Origin: an uncultured virus (IMG/VR IMGVR_UViG_3300046804_005083) | Lineage: Duplodnaviria; Heunggongvirae; Uroviricota; Caudoviricetes | Virus record (IMG/VR): IMGVR_UViG_3300046804_005083 | Coordinates: 1 to 64,000 of that record | Reading direction: 5' to 3' (one strand) | Length of the DNA: 64,000 nucleotides | In this document: positions 38,066-46,312 of the stretch, piece by piece | Layout of the letters: the number at the start of each line of letters is the position of its first letter | How positions within the stretch are numbered: position 1 is the first letter of the stretch | The notes under the pieces: generated by a model | What the model saw: the letters and a program-made list of their open reading frames with translations, nothing else | Databases searched by the model: none | What the model was told of the DNA's origin: nothing | Position numbers and translations under genes: made by a program

Positions 38066-38886
38066 TTGGGTTTAATGCATTAGGTAGAATGGGACGTTTG
38101 GCAAATCAAATGTTCCAGTATGCTTCACTTAAAGGAATTGCAAAAAATATAGGAACAGATTTTTGCATACCAAATCATTCTCAAGCAATTGATGATGGTA
38201 TTGGAAACAAACTAAGGACAGAACTTTTTGATTCTTTTGATTTGAGAGTTAACGTTGGTCTTTTAAATAATGGGCACGCTCCTACAGTTCAGGAAAGGTA
38301 TTTTCATTTTGATGAAGAACTCTTTAAAATGTGTCCTGATCATGTAAATCTCCAAGGTTATTTTCAAACAGAAAAATACTTCAAACATATTGAATCTGAA
38401 ATTCGTGAGGATTTTACTTTTAAGGATGAAATTCTGAAACCTTGTAAAGAAATGATTTCTTCTGTTGAAAATCCAATAGCACTTCATGTGAGGAGAACTG
38501 ATTATATTGTAAATAGTGATAATCATTTTAATCTGCCATTAGAATATTATGAGGCAGCACTAAATTATTTTGATAATGATCGCAACGTGATTATTTTTTC
38601 TGATGATCCTGAATGGTGTAAGTCTCAAAAATTATTCTCAGATGATAGATTTATGGTTTCTGAAAATACAGACAACAGAGTTGATCTCTGTTTAATGTCT
38701 CTTTGTAATGACTTTATTATTGCAAATTCGTCTTATTCTTGGTGGGCTGCTTGGTTGTCCTCTAATAAGAATAAAAAGGTTATTGTACCTTTCCAGTGGT
38801 TTGGTAAAACTGGATATACAAAAGATCACGATACCAAAGATTTGATTCCCAATGAATGGACAAGAATTACTGATGGACAAGAATAA
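38062..38886 (+). CDS. Alpha-1,2-fucosyltransferase (GT11), second copy
   Basis: GRLANQMFQYA, HVRRTDY, IANSSYSWWAAWL. Confidence 0.9.
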   Translation: MIGFNALGRMGRLANQMFQYASLKGIAKNIGTDFCIPNHSQAIDDGIGNKLRTELFDSFDLRVNVGLLNNGHAPTVQERYFHFDEELFKMCPDHVNLQGYFQTEKYFKHIESEIREDFTFKDEILKPCKEMISSVENPIALHVRRTDYIVNSDNHFNLPLEYYEAALNYFDNDRNVIIFSDDPEWCKSQKLFSDDRFMVSENTDNRVDLCLMSLCNDFIIANSSYSWWAAWLSSNKNKKVIVPFQWFGKTGYTKDHDTKDLIPNEWTRITDGQE

Positions 38887-39670
38887 GTCCTTATATAAAC
38901 TCAAAGGAATTCCTCATATTTACTGGTTAAATTTAGATGCAGATACTCATCGTCGTGAGTATATGGAGTCGCAGTTTAAATACTGGGAAATAGAAAATCA
39001 TACTCGTATTTCTGGGTATGATGGAAGAGAAGATGATGTATCAAGTTATCTTAGGGGAAGAATTCCTGATAATGTCACTCAAAATGAGTTGGGATGTTGT
39101 ATGTCTCATCTTAAGGCAATCAAACATTTTTATGAAAATAGTGCAGATGATTATTGTTTGATTCTTGAAGATGATGTGAATTTTGATATTGTAAAATATT
39201 GGAACTTTACTTGGACTGATTTTTTTGCCGAAGTTCCTTATGATTGGGACTGTGTACAGTTAACTACAATTTGCACTGGAGATATTCATGTTAAGTTGCA
39301 TTTAAAATTTATTAATGATTTCTCTGCAGCAATCTATCTGATTACAAGACATCATGCATCTAAGATTATCAAGAACCACATTCGTGGTGACAAATATAAA
39401 CTTGATAATGGTGTGAAACCTAGGGCAGTTTCTGAAGATGTCATTTTAGAAACTGGGAAGACATATACAATCCCACTATTTTTGTATAATCTTCAAATGG
39501 GATCCGCAATTCATCCAGAACACATTGATATATTTCATAAAGCACCTCATGATGCATTGCTAAATTATTGGCAACAAATGGGTGCTCAGATTAATATTAA
39601 GGAACATATGGATTATGATCCTTATCTTGGTCGGATAACCGAAAATTCATCCGCACAAAAACAAGCTTGA
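38873..39670 (+). CDS. GT25-family glycosyltransferase
   Basis: YWLNLD...RR, ELGCCMSH, LILEDD. Confidence 0.85.
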   Translation: MDKNKSLYKLKGIPHIYWLNLDADTHRREYMESQFKYWEIENHTRISGYDGREDDVSSYLRGRIPDNVTQNELGCCMSHLKAIKHFYENSADDYCLILEDDVNFDIVKYWNFTWTDFFAEVPYDWDCVQLTTICTGDIHVKLHLKFINDFSAAIYLITRHHASKIIKNHIRGDKYKLDNGVKPRAVSEDVILETGKTYTIPLFLYNLQMGSAIHPEHIDIFHKAPHDALLNYWQQMGAQINIKEHMDYDPYLGRITENSSAQKQA

Positions 39671-39769
39671 CACAATCCTAAAAAAATTGTAAGATAAATA
39701 CCGTGATGTGACGATGCCGCAATTAATTGCAAAGTTGCATAATGTCCTATAGAACAAAAACAAATTTTT

Positions 39770-41278
39770 ATGAAACTCAAACAACTGATGCTTGCACCTG
39801 TTGCTCTGGGAATGGTTGCTCCTGTTGCTGCAAGTGCGGCAGACCTTAATATTGCAGCAATCAACCAGTACTCTACTGAACAGGTCACAAGTATCAATCA
39901 ACTGTCTGATGTAAAATCTACTGACTGGGCATATCAAGCACTCAGCAACCTTGTAGAGCGTTATGGTTGTGTTGCTGGTTATCCTAACGGCACCTATGGT
40001 GGTGGTCAAGCAATGACTCGTTATGAAGCAGCAGCTCTTCTGAATGCTTGTCTCGATCGTGTAACTGAAGTTACCGACGAACTGAAGCGTCTTCAAACCG
40101 AATTTGCTGCTGAACTTGCTGTAATCCGTGGTCGTGTAGACAAACTGGAAGCACAAGTCGGCACTCTTGAGGCAACTCAATTCTCCACGACTACCAAACT
40201 TCGTGGTGAAGCATCCTTCGTTCTTGGTGGTGTTGATAATGCCTGGACCCCTGGTACTTCCAAGAATCCTGCTAGTACGAATGTTGGTAACACCGCATTC
40301 AACTATGACCTCCGTATCAACCTTGATACTTCGTTCACTGGTAAAGACCTGCTTCGTACTCGTCTGCGTTCTGGTAACTTCTCTTCCCAACCGTTTGGTT
40401 CCAGTTCTTCACTCTTTAAACTGGATAAAGCAGAGAACACTGCTGATGCAGTCAAAATTGATCGCCTGTATTACAGTTTCCCTGCCCTTACAAAAGGTCT
40501 GACTCTGACTGCGGGTGCTCTGGTTCGTAACACCGAAATTGCGTGGGTTCCTTCCGCATACAAATCGGATGTTCTGGACTTCTTCCAACTTGCTGGTGCT
40601 CCTGGTGTCTATAACAAGGCAACTGGTTCTGGTTTTGGTATTCAGTATGTTCAACCTAATAAGAAGGGTGGATTCGTTGCTGGTGTCAACTATGTTGCAC
40701 AAAGCGGTTCTGACTCTACCAAAGGTGAGTTTAATGAAAAGGGTGCTCTGAACACTCTTGCTCAGTTTGGTTATCGTGCTCCTAACTATGGTATTGCCTT
40801 TGGTTATCGTTATGGTACAGAAGGCACCCGTGTTCGCACTTTCAATGGACTTGCTGGTGCTTCTGGTGCCCTTGCTCCTGGTCAGACCTCTAATGGTTAT
40901 GCTCTGAGTGCTTACTGGCAACCTTCCAAGTCAGGTATCATTCCTTCGGTGAGTGGTGGTTATGGTTGGAACACTGTAAGTCGCAATGCCCTTAATCAGG
41001 AAACTCCTGCTGGTGCTACTAATTCGCAAACTTGGTATGCTGGTCTCCAGTGGTCTGATGTGCTTGCAAAGGGCAACTCCGCTGGTTTTGCTGTTGGTCA
41101 ACCTGGCAATGCAGAAGGACTTGATAAGGATGCAACTATGTGGGAAGCATTCTACAAGTATCGTGTAAGTGATAATATCACCATCACACCTGCTGTGTTT
41201 TATGTTTCTAACAATCAGGCACTTGCTGATACTTCCTCCAACTTTGGTGGAATTATTCAGACAACCTTTAGGTTCTGA
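39770..41278 (+). CDS. Cyanobacterial outer-membrane porin (SLH domain + OprB-like barrel, Som type)
   Basis: Signal peptide; SDV..TDWAYQAL..LVERYGC, TRYEAAA; FSTTTKLRGE; terminal TTFRF. Confidence 0.93.
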   Translation: MKLKQLMLAPVALGMVAPVAASAADLNIAAINQYSTEQVTSINQLSDVKSTDWAYQALSNLVERYGCVAGYPNGTYGGGQAMTRYEAAALLNACLDRVTEVTDELKRLQTEFAAELAVIRGRVDKLEAQVGTLEATQFSTTTKLRGEASFVLGGVDNAWTPGTSKNPASTNVGNTAFNYDLRINLDTSFTGKDLLRTRLRSGNFSSQPFGSSSSLFKLDKAENTADAVKIDRLYYSFPALTKGLTLTAGALVRNTEIAWVPSAYKSDVLDFFQLAGAPGVYNKATGSGFGIQYVQPNKKGGFVAGVNYVAQSGSDSTKGEFNEKGALNTLAQFGYRAPNYGIAFGYRYGTEGTRVRTFNGLAGASGALAPGQTSNGYALSAYWQPSKSGIIPSVSGGYGWNTVSRNALNQETPAGATNSQTWYAGLQWSDVLAKGNSAGFAVGQPGNAEGLDKDATMWEAFYKYRVSDNITITPAVFYVSNNQALADTSSNFGGIIQTTFRF

Positions 41279-41322
41279 TAAATATGGGGAGAAGTTTTTC
41301 TCCCTTTTTTACAAATAAAACA

Positions 41323-41622
41323 ATGAAAAAGATACTTTCTACTATTGCTTTAGTTTTTATTCCATCCATTGCTTATGCAGGTCCTACCCTGACATATGGA
41401 ATTAAACAAGGTGGAAGTCAAATTGCTTGCATTCAAAAAGCAGAATCTAAACTAGCACAAATTTCTGCTACCAATATTTCAAAAAATAATTCAATAAACA
41501 TTTTTGGAGAATATCCAAAAACAACCATTGGGATTATGTGTAGAAATAATGGTGAAGTTCTTGTAACAGTTGCAGGAGAAGATGCATATCTTTTTAGAGA
41601 TGAAATTCTAAATGCATTTTGA
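41323..41622 (+). CDS. Hypothetical secreted protein
   Basis: MKKILSTIALVFIPSIAYA signal peptide. Confidence 0.6.
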   Translation: MKKILSTIALVFIPSIAYAGPTLTYGIKQGGSQIACIQKAESKLAQISATNISKNNSINIFGEYPKTTIGIMCRNNGEVLVTVAGEDAYLFRDEILNAF

Positions 41623-41686
41623 TAAGGTACTCATAGGTTGAGTTGAACCACTCCAACAGAGTGGTTCTTTTTTATGAAATCAAAAC

Positions 41687-41715
41687 CTTAACCAAATCTT
41701 AGTGGACTTTAAGGT
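41687..41715 (+). promoter_or_regulatory. Putative Pho box upstream of pstS
   Basis: CTTAACC / CTTAGTG / TTTAAGG at 11- and 10-nt spacing. Confidence 0.5.
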
Positions 41716-41755
41716 TGTTTTCCAGTATTATTACTTACGAAGTTATTCACTTTTT

Positions 41756-42718
41756 ATGAAACTCAAAAACTTTATTGCTGTTGGTCTGGTTGCTGCTCCT
41801 GCTGCTGCTGTTGCTGGACCTGCTCTGAATGGTGCTGGTGCCACCTTTCCTGCACCGATTTACCAACGTTGGTTCCAAGATTATGCACGAACTTCTGGGA
41901 GTAGGATTAATTATCAGTCCGTTGGTTCTGGTGCTGGTGTTCGTCAATTCGTTGCGGGCACAGTTGACTTCGGAGCAAGTGACGAACCCATCAAACCCGC
42001 AGAAGCAGCAAAAGTGAAACGTGGTGTCGTTCAAATCCCGATGGTCGGTGGAACGATTGCTGTTGCTTACAATAAACCTGGATGCTCTCTGAAACTGACA
42101 CAGAAGCAAACTGTTGATATTTTTGCTGGACGTACTAAAGATTGGAAAGCACTTGGATGTGCTTCTGGTCCTATTCGGGTTGTGCATCGTGCTGATGCTT
42201 CTGGAACCACCTTTGCCTTCACTAACTCTCTGGAAGCATTTGGTGGTTGGACTTATGGTGTTGCCAAGTCTGTGAACTGGCCCATTGGTGTTGCCTCTAA
42301 GGGTAATGAAGGTGTTGCTGGTACAATCAAGAACACTCCTGGATCTATTGGTTATGTAACGACTGGATTTGTTCGTTCTAACAAACTCCAAGCAGCAGCA
42401 ATTCAAAACAAGGCAGGTAAGTTTATTCTTCCGACTGCTTCTTCTGGTTCTGCTGCTCTGAACAGTATTACTCTTGATAGTAATCTTGCTGGTGAAAATC
42501 CAAATCCTGCAAATGTAGGTGCTTATCCTATCTCCACTCTGACTTGGATCCTTGCCTATAAGACAGGTAATGGTGAGAAGGTAGATGATATTCGTGCTGC
42601 CATTAAGTATGCTCTGAGCACTCCAGCACAGAGTATTGCTGATGATCTGGGTTATGTCCCTTTGAGTGGTTCTGTTCTCAACAAGGCACGTATTGCTACT
42701 GACCGTATCGGTAAGTGA
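41756..42718 (+). CDS. pstS: Phosphate ABC transporter substrate-binding protein
   Basis: LNGAGATFPAP, YQSVGSGAG, DFGASD, HRADASGTT, GNEGVA, YPI. Confidence 0.95.
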   Translation: MKLKNFIAVGLVAAPAAAVAGPALNGAGATFPAPIYQRWFQDYARTSGSRINYQSVGSGAGVRQFVAGTVDFGASDEPIKPAEAAKVKRGVVQIPMVGGTIAVAYNKPGCSLKLTQKQTVDIFAGRTKDWKALGCASGPIRVVHRADASGTTFAFTNSLEAFGGWTYGVAKSVNWPIGVASKGNEGVAGTIKNTPGSIGYVTTGFVRSNKLQAAAIQNKAGKFILPTASSGSAALNSITLDSNLAGENPNPANVGAYPISTLTWILAYKTGNGEKVDDIRAAIKYALSTPAQSIADDLGYVPLSGSVLNKARIATDRIGK

Positions 42719-42730
42719 CGAAACTCTGAC

Positions 42731-42800
42731 AGTCAGGACGGGAAACCGTCTTGACTTTTCTTAACATTTCCTATATACTATTGTTGTAAATCGTTACAAA
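42731..42800 (+). promoter_or_regulatory. Terminator-embedded promoter plus HLR1-like repeat upstream of hli
   Basis: agtcaggacgg-gaaa-ccgtcttgact; TTGACT-17-TATACT; GTTGTAAA-tc-GTTACAAA at 42783-800. Confidence 0.55.
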
Positions 42801-42804
42801 AGAC

Positions 42805-42999
42805 ATGACTGTTACTTCTAATGAGTACGGACAACAAAATATGTGGGCGAAAGAACCCGTAATGTACTATGAAAACTACGGAATGCTGACCCCCAACCAA
42901 GTCAAGGAGAGGACTAATGGACGCTGGGCGATGATGGGATTTGTTGCTGGTGTTATTTCTTATGCTATCACTGGCAACTTCTTCTTCGGTATCTTCTGA
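42805..42999 (+). CDS. hli: High-light-inducible protein
   Basis: ERTNGRWAMMGF chlorophyll-binding motif; QQNMWAKEP. Confidence 0.92.
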   Translation: MTVTSNEYGQQNMWAKEPVMYYENYGMLTPNQVKERTNGRWAMMGFVAGVISYAITGNFFFGIF

Positions 43000-43084
43000 T
43001 GACTGAAGCAATCTTTACCGTCACTAGTGTTGCATTTTTAGTTCTTCTGAGTTATTCTGTAGAGAAACTTTGTGAAACTTACTG

Positions 43085-43360
43085 ATGAGTATTAATGTTA
43101 ATGAGCAAATTGAAAATGCTCTTGAAAAACTTAAATGGGAAAAAAGTGATGAAATCGTAGTTGAAATTGGTGGAGTAGCAGTAACAGGAACTGCTACTTC
43201 TCCTACTTCAAATCCAAAATGGTCTAAACCTTTTGGTACAGTTTCATATCAAAATGATTCTTTTATTATTATTAAAAACAAATCTAGGAATCCTGTGATT
43301 CCATCTCAACCAAATCCTGAACTTAAACAACAACATTCTTATCAAGGAGAAAACAAATGA
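43085..43360 (+). CDS. Hypothetical protein
   Basis: 91-aa ORF between the two hli genes. Confidence 0.6.
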   Translation: MSINVNEQIENALEKLKWEKSDEIVVEIGGVAVTGTATSPTSNPKWSKPFGTVSYQNDSFIIIKNKSRNPVIPSQPNPELKQQHSYQGENK

Positions 43361-43476
43361 ACAAAATTTTTACGGATGCTGCTGAAAAACTGAACGGTCG
43401 CGCTGCGATGATTGGATTTGTTGCTGCTGCTGGTTCTTATCTGATTACCGGTCAGATCATTCCCGGTGTCTTCTGA
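43357..43476 (+). CDS. hli: High-light-inducible protein (39 aa)
   Basis: Manually read AEKLNGRAAMIGF...TGQIIPGVF*; SD AGGAG. Confidence 0.92.
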   Translation: MNKIFTDAAEKLNGRAAMIGFVAAAGSYLITGQIIPGVF

Positions 43477-43492
43477 TTAATAGATTATAATT

Positions 43493-44068
43493 ATGTTTAA
43501 TATTTTTAAGAAAAAGGAAGAGAAAACTGTGGAGGTTAAAATGCGTAGTGAAGGTTATCAAATTCCTCATGTTGAATTTGTGTTCCGTGAGTCTGGTGAG
43601 TTTGTAAATCATACTTCTGCTGAACTTTTTCACGGAAAACGTGTAGTTATTTTCTCTCTTCCTGGTGCATTTACTCCTACCTGTAGTGCTTATCAACTTC
43701 CTGGATTTGAGGAAAAGTATAATGAATTCAAAGCACTTGGTATTGAAGAAATCTATTGTATCTCAGTGAATGATGGTTTTGTTATGAATGCCTGGGCACA
43801 AGATCAAAACATTCAAAACGTAAAACTGATTCCTGATGGAAATGCACACTTCACCCGTAGTATGGGTATGCTCGTTAATAAATCAAACTTTGGGTTCGGT
43901 GAGCGCAGTTGGCGTTACTCTGCTGTGGTAGACAACGGGATTATTGAAAAGATCTTTGTTGAAGAAGGTCAACGTGATAATGCTGATACGGATCCTTACG
44001 AAGCAACAAAACCAGAATCAGTTCTGGATTATGTAAAATCTACAATTTTAGAAAAAGAACTGGTGTGA
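43493..44068 (+). CDS. Peroxiredoxin (Prx5-type)
   Basis: FSLPGAFTPTCS, SVNDGFVMNAW, RSWRYS. Confidence 0.92.
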   Translation: MFNIFKKKEEKTVEVKMRSEGYQIPHVEFVFRESGEFVNHTSAELFHGKRVVIFSLPGAFTPTCSAYQLPGFEEKYNEFKALGIEEIYCISVNDGFVMNAWAQDQNIQNVKLIPDGNAHFTRSMGMLVNKSNFGFGERSWRYSAVVDNGIIEKIFVEEGQRDNADTDPYEATKPESVLDYVKSTILEKELV

Positions 44069-44128
44069 TTTAAAGGAGGGGTAAAACTCTCCTTTTTTAA
44101 TAAATACATTTGCTCATGCAAAAGAGAA

Positions 44129-44830
44129 ATGCAAATAGATCTTCATAACTTTTTTAGATATTATGATGAAAAGAATCCCAAACACGTTGCGGCAGTAGAG
44201 CAACTTGAAAAGGATTTGCTCTTGAAAGCACAAGGTCTGATGCAAGATGATGCAAATTGGGTAAGAATCTATAGAACAAAACCAGAAGCACCAAAATCAA
44301 ATATTCTTGCGGTTCCATTTTACCCACAAACAGACAACTACAGGGATGCAAATAGAACCTGCAATTCTTCTTCCTGTGCAATGTGCCTTGAGTATTTTAA
44401 ACCAGGAACTTTAAAAGGAGCAAAAGGCGATGATGCCTATGTTCAAAAAGTTTTTGCAATTGGTGACTCAACTGATCACTTGGTTCAAACCCGTGTGCTG
44501 GCGTCTTATGATGTTCAGTCATCTTTTAGTTACAGCCTCTCTTTTGATGATCTTGATAATGAGTTATCCAACAATAGACCTGTTGTCATTGGTATTTTAC
44601 ATAGGGGTCCTATATCTGCTCCTACTGGTGGGCACATGATTGTAGTTATTGGCAAAACTCCAGCAGGAGATTATGTTGTAAATGATCCTTATGGTTCTTT
44701 AAATGATGGATATACTGGTGCGGTAATTAATGGTAAAGGTGTAATATACAAGAAATCTGAACTAGTTCGTAGATGGACTCCAGATGGTCCTAAATCTGGT
44801 TGGGGAAGAATTTTCCGAACAAAAAAGTAG
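44129..44830 (+). CDS. C39-like cysteine peptidase (putative endolysin N-part)
   Basis: VPFYPQTDN, RTCNSSSCAM, GGHMIVVIG, VNDPYG. Confidence 0.8.
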   Translation: MQIDLHNFFRYYDEKNPKHVAAVEQLEKDLLLKAQGLMQDDANWVRIYRTKPEAPKSNILAVPFYPQTDNYRDANRTCNSSSCAMCLEYFKPGTLKGAKGDDAYVQKVFAIGDSTDHLVQTRVLASYDVQSSFSYSLSFDDLDNELSNNRPVVIGILHRGPISAPTGGHMIVVIGKTPAGDYVVNDPYGSLNDGYTGAVINGKGVIYKKSELVRRWTPDGPKSGWGRIFRTKK

Positions 44831-45309
44831 AATCAACATTGCAAGGCAGTATCCCTCAATGTGGTGTTGATTTAATCAAACAATTTGAGGGATGTCACTT
44901 GAATGCTTATCCTGATCCTTTAACTGGAGGATTGCCTATTACAATAGGGTGGGGAAGCACTAAAGATTTTGATGGATCTTTCTTTAAGATGGGAAGAAAA
45001 ATAACACAACAGTATGCAGATAAACTGTTAATTTATAGTTTAAAAGTAAGATTTATTCCTTTATTAGAAAAAATACCTTATTGGAATGAAATGAATGAAA
45101 ATCAACAAGGAGCACTTATTTCTTTTGCTTATAATCTTGGTGCTAGTTTTTACGGGTCTCCCAATTTTAATAGTATAAGTAAAGTTCTTAAATATAAGCA
45201 ATGGAATAAAGTTCCTGATACTTTGTATCTTTATAGGAATCCTGGAAGTAAAGTTGAAGAAGGATTGATGAAAAGAAGAAAAACTGAGGGACAACTTTGG
45301 ATGAATTAA
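44800..45309 (+). CDS. GH24 lysozyme; probably reached by -1 frameshift from the upstream peptidase
   Basis: IKQFEG...AYPD...TIGWG (E-D-T triad), ALISFAYNLG, GLMKRRKTE; no ATG before the catalytic triad. Confidence 0.85.
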   Translation: MGKNFPNKKVESTLQGSIPQCGVDLIKQFEGCHLNAYPDPLTGGLPITIGWGSTKDFDGSFFKMGRKITQQYADKLLIYSLKVRFIPLLEKIPYWNEMNENQQGALISFAYNLGASFYGSPNFNSISKVLKYKQWNKVPDTLYLYRNPGSKVEEGLMKRRKTEGQLWMN

Positions 45310-45340
45310 TCAATAGTCCAATGATGGATATATTTTTTAT

Positions 45341-45679
45341 TTACATATAAGGATGAGCAATACCTTCATTCAACATTTTTTGATTTACTGTAATTGAATC
45401 GCCTACACAATAAAGAGTACCAAGTATTCTTCCATACTTATCTTCTTTAAATGTTTCTACAATCCACTCTCCTTCACGGGAGAGTTCTTTTTTTAGATAT
45501 TCTTTTGCTTGTAGACCTTTTTCTTTCTCTTCTGCATTTAAGGTTCTTGTTTCCGAAGCATTGATACCTTTTAGACGAACTCTTTGCTTAATTGTAAGAC
45601 TAAACCCCAGATCAATATCAAGATCAACGGTGTCTCCATCAATCACTCTGTTGATCTTTTTTATTTTGTACTGATACAT
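45341..45679 (-). CDS. Thermonuclease (SNase-like) family protein
   Basis: VIDGDT, RVRLKGINASE, DKYGRILG. Confidence 0.85.
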   Translation of the reverse strand: MYQYKIKKINRVIDGDTVDLDIDLGFSLTIKQRVRLKGINASETRTLNAEEKEKGLQAKEYLKKELSREGEWIVETFKEDKYGRILGTLYCVGDSITVNQKMLNEGIAHPYM

Positions 45680-45775
45680 TTTCTTGATTTGCAGTGAGTA
45701 GAATTTTATAAATTGCCCAAGCAGTTCCTAATAATCCAATTCCAAGTAAAATATTTACACTCCAGACTACATCGG

Positions 45776-45967
45776 TCATCTTTCCTCTTGTTTATGGATC
45801 CAAGTCTTTAATTCACTTACATATACTCTCAGCATTTCTGCTTTTTCTAGATGCCACAAATCACCACTCTTGAAATACTCTTGAGTGTGATTATCTATTG
45901 CTTTAAGGATATTATGAATAGGTGCGTTCCAAGGTTCCCTTTTGGGAGTATTCCATTCTCGTGGCAA
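45776..45967 (-). CDS. Hypothetical protein
   Basis: 63-aa ORF in a small minus-strand cluster. Confidence 0.55.
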   Translation of the reverse strand: MPREWNTPKREPWNAPIHNILKAIDNHTQEYFKSGDLWHLEKAEMLRVYVSELKTWIHKQEER

Positions 45968-46113
45968 GGTGACACCTCACTTTTTCTTGCCACCATTTTT
46001 TGCTTTCTTCGCAGTCGCATTACCTTGATTTTGTTTTGAAGGTCCCTTCTTACCCTTCTTGTTAGGCGACTTAGACATTAGTAGTCCTTATGATACAAGA
46101 GTATTTAGAGGGG

Positions 46114-46147
46114 TTGACAGGTCCATGAAGAACTGTTATAATAAATA
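46114..46147 (+). promoter_or_regulatory. psbA promoter (consensus sigma70, overlapping a late-type element)
   Basis: TTGACA(46114-19)-17 nt-TATAAT(46137-42), followed by ATAAATA. Confidence 0.85.
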
Positions 46148-46182
46148 CATCAACAAGTTAAGAAATGTAACAAGTTCTTAAT

Positions 46183-46300
46183 GTTGCCCTCTACCTAACC
46201 GAGACCTATGGGGAGGTTAAACACAGTCTCTCATATCCACACTGGAGGGTGCTGTGGAACATAACAATAATCGTTCGTCCCCCCGAACTCTTATCTAACT
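46183..46300 (+). ncRNA. PhotoRC-II-like RNA motif in the psbA leader
   Basis: gagac/gtctc and ccaca/tgtgg stems, GAGGGTG; position matches the known cyanophage psbA leader motif. Confidence 0.6.
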
Positions 46301-46312
46301 CTCTTAACAAAA

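Noticed and set aside
39647..42406. Long minus-strand ORFs (247, 170 and 219 aa) over the porin and pstS
   Set aside because: Antisense shadows of strongly codon-biased genes; no recognisable motifs.
42785..42800. NtcA box upstream of hli
   Set aside because: Spacing is GTA-N6-TAC rather than GTA-N8-TAC; an HLR1-like reading fits better.
44828..44875. TAG read-through or stop-codon reassignment at the peptidase end
   Set aside because: In-frame read-through hits TAA within about 15 codons and does not enter the lysozyme; core genes are intact under the standard code; no suppressor tRNA seen.
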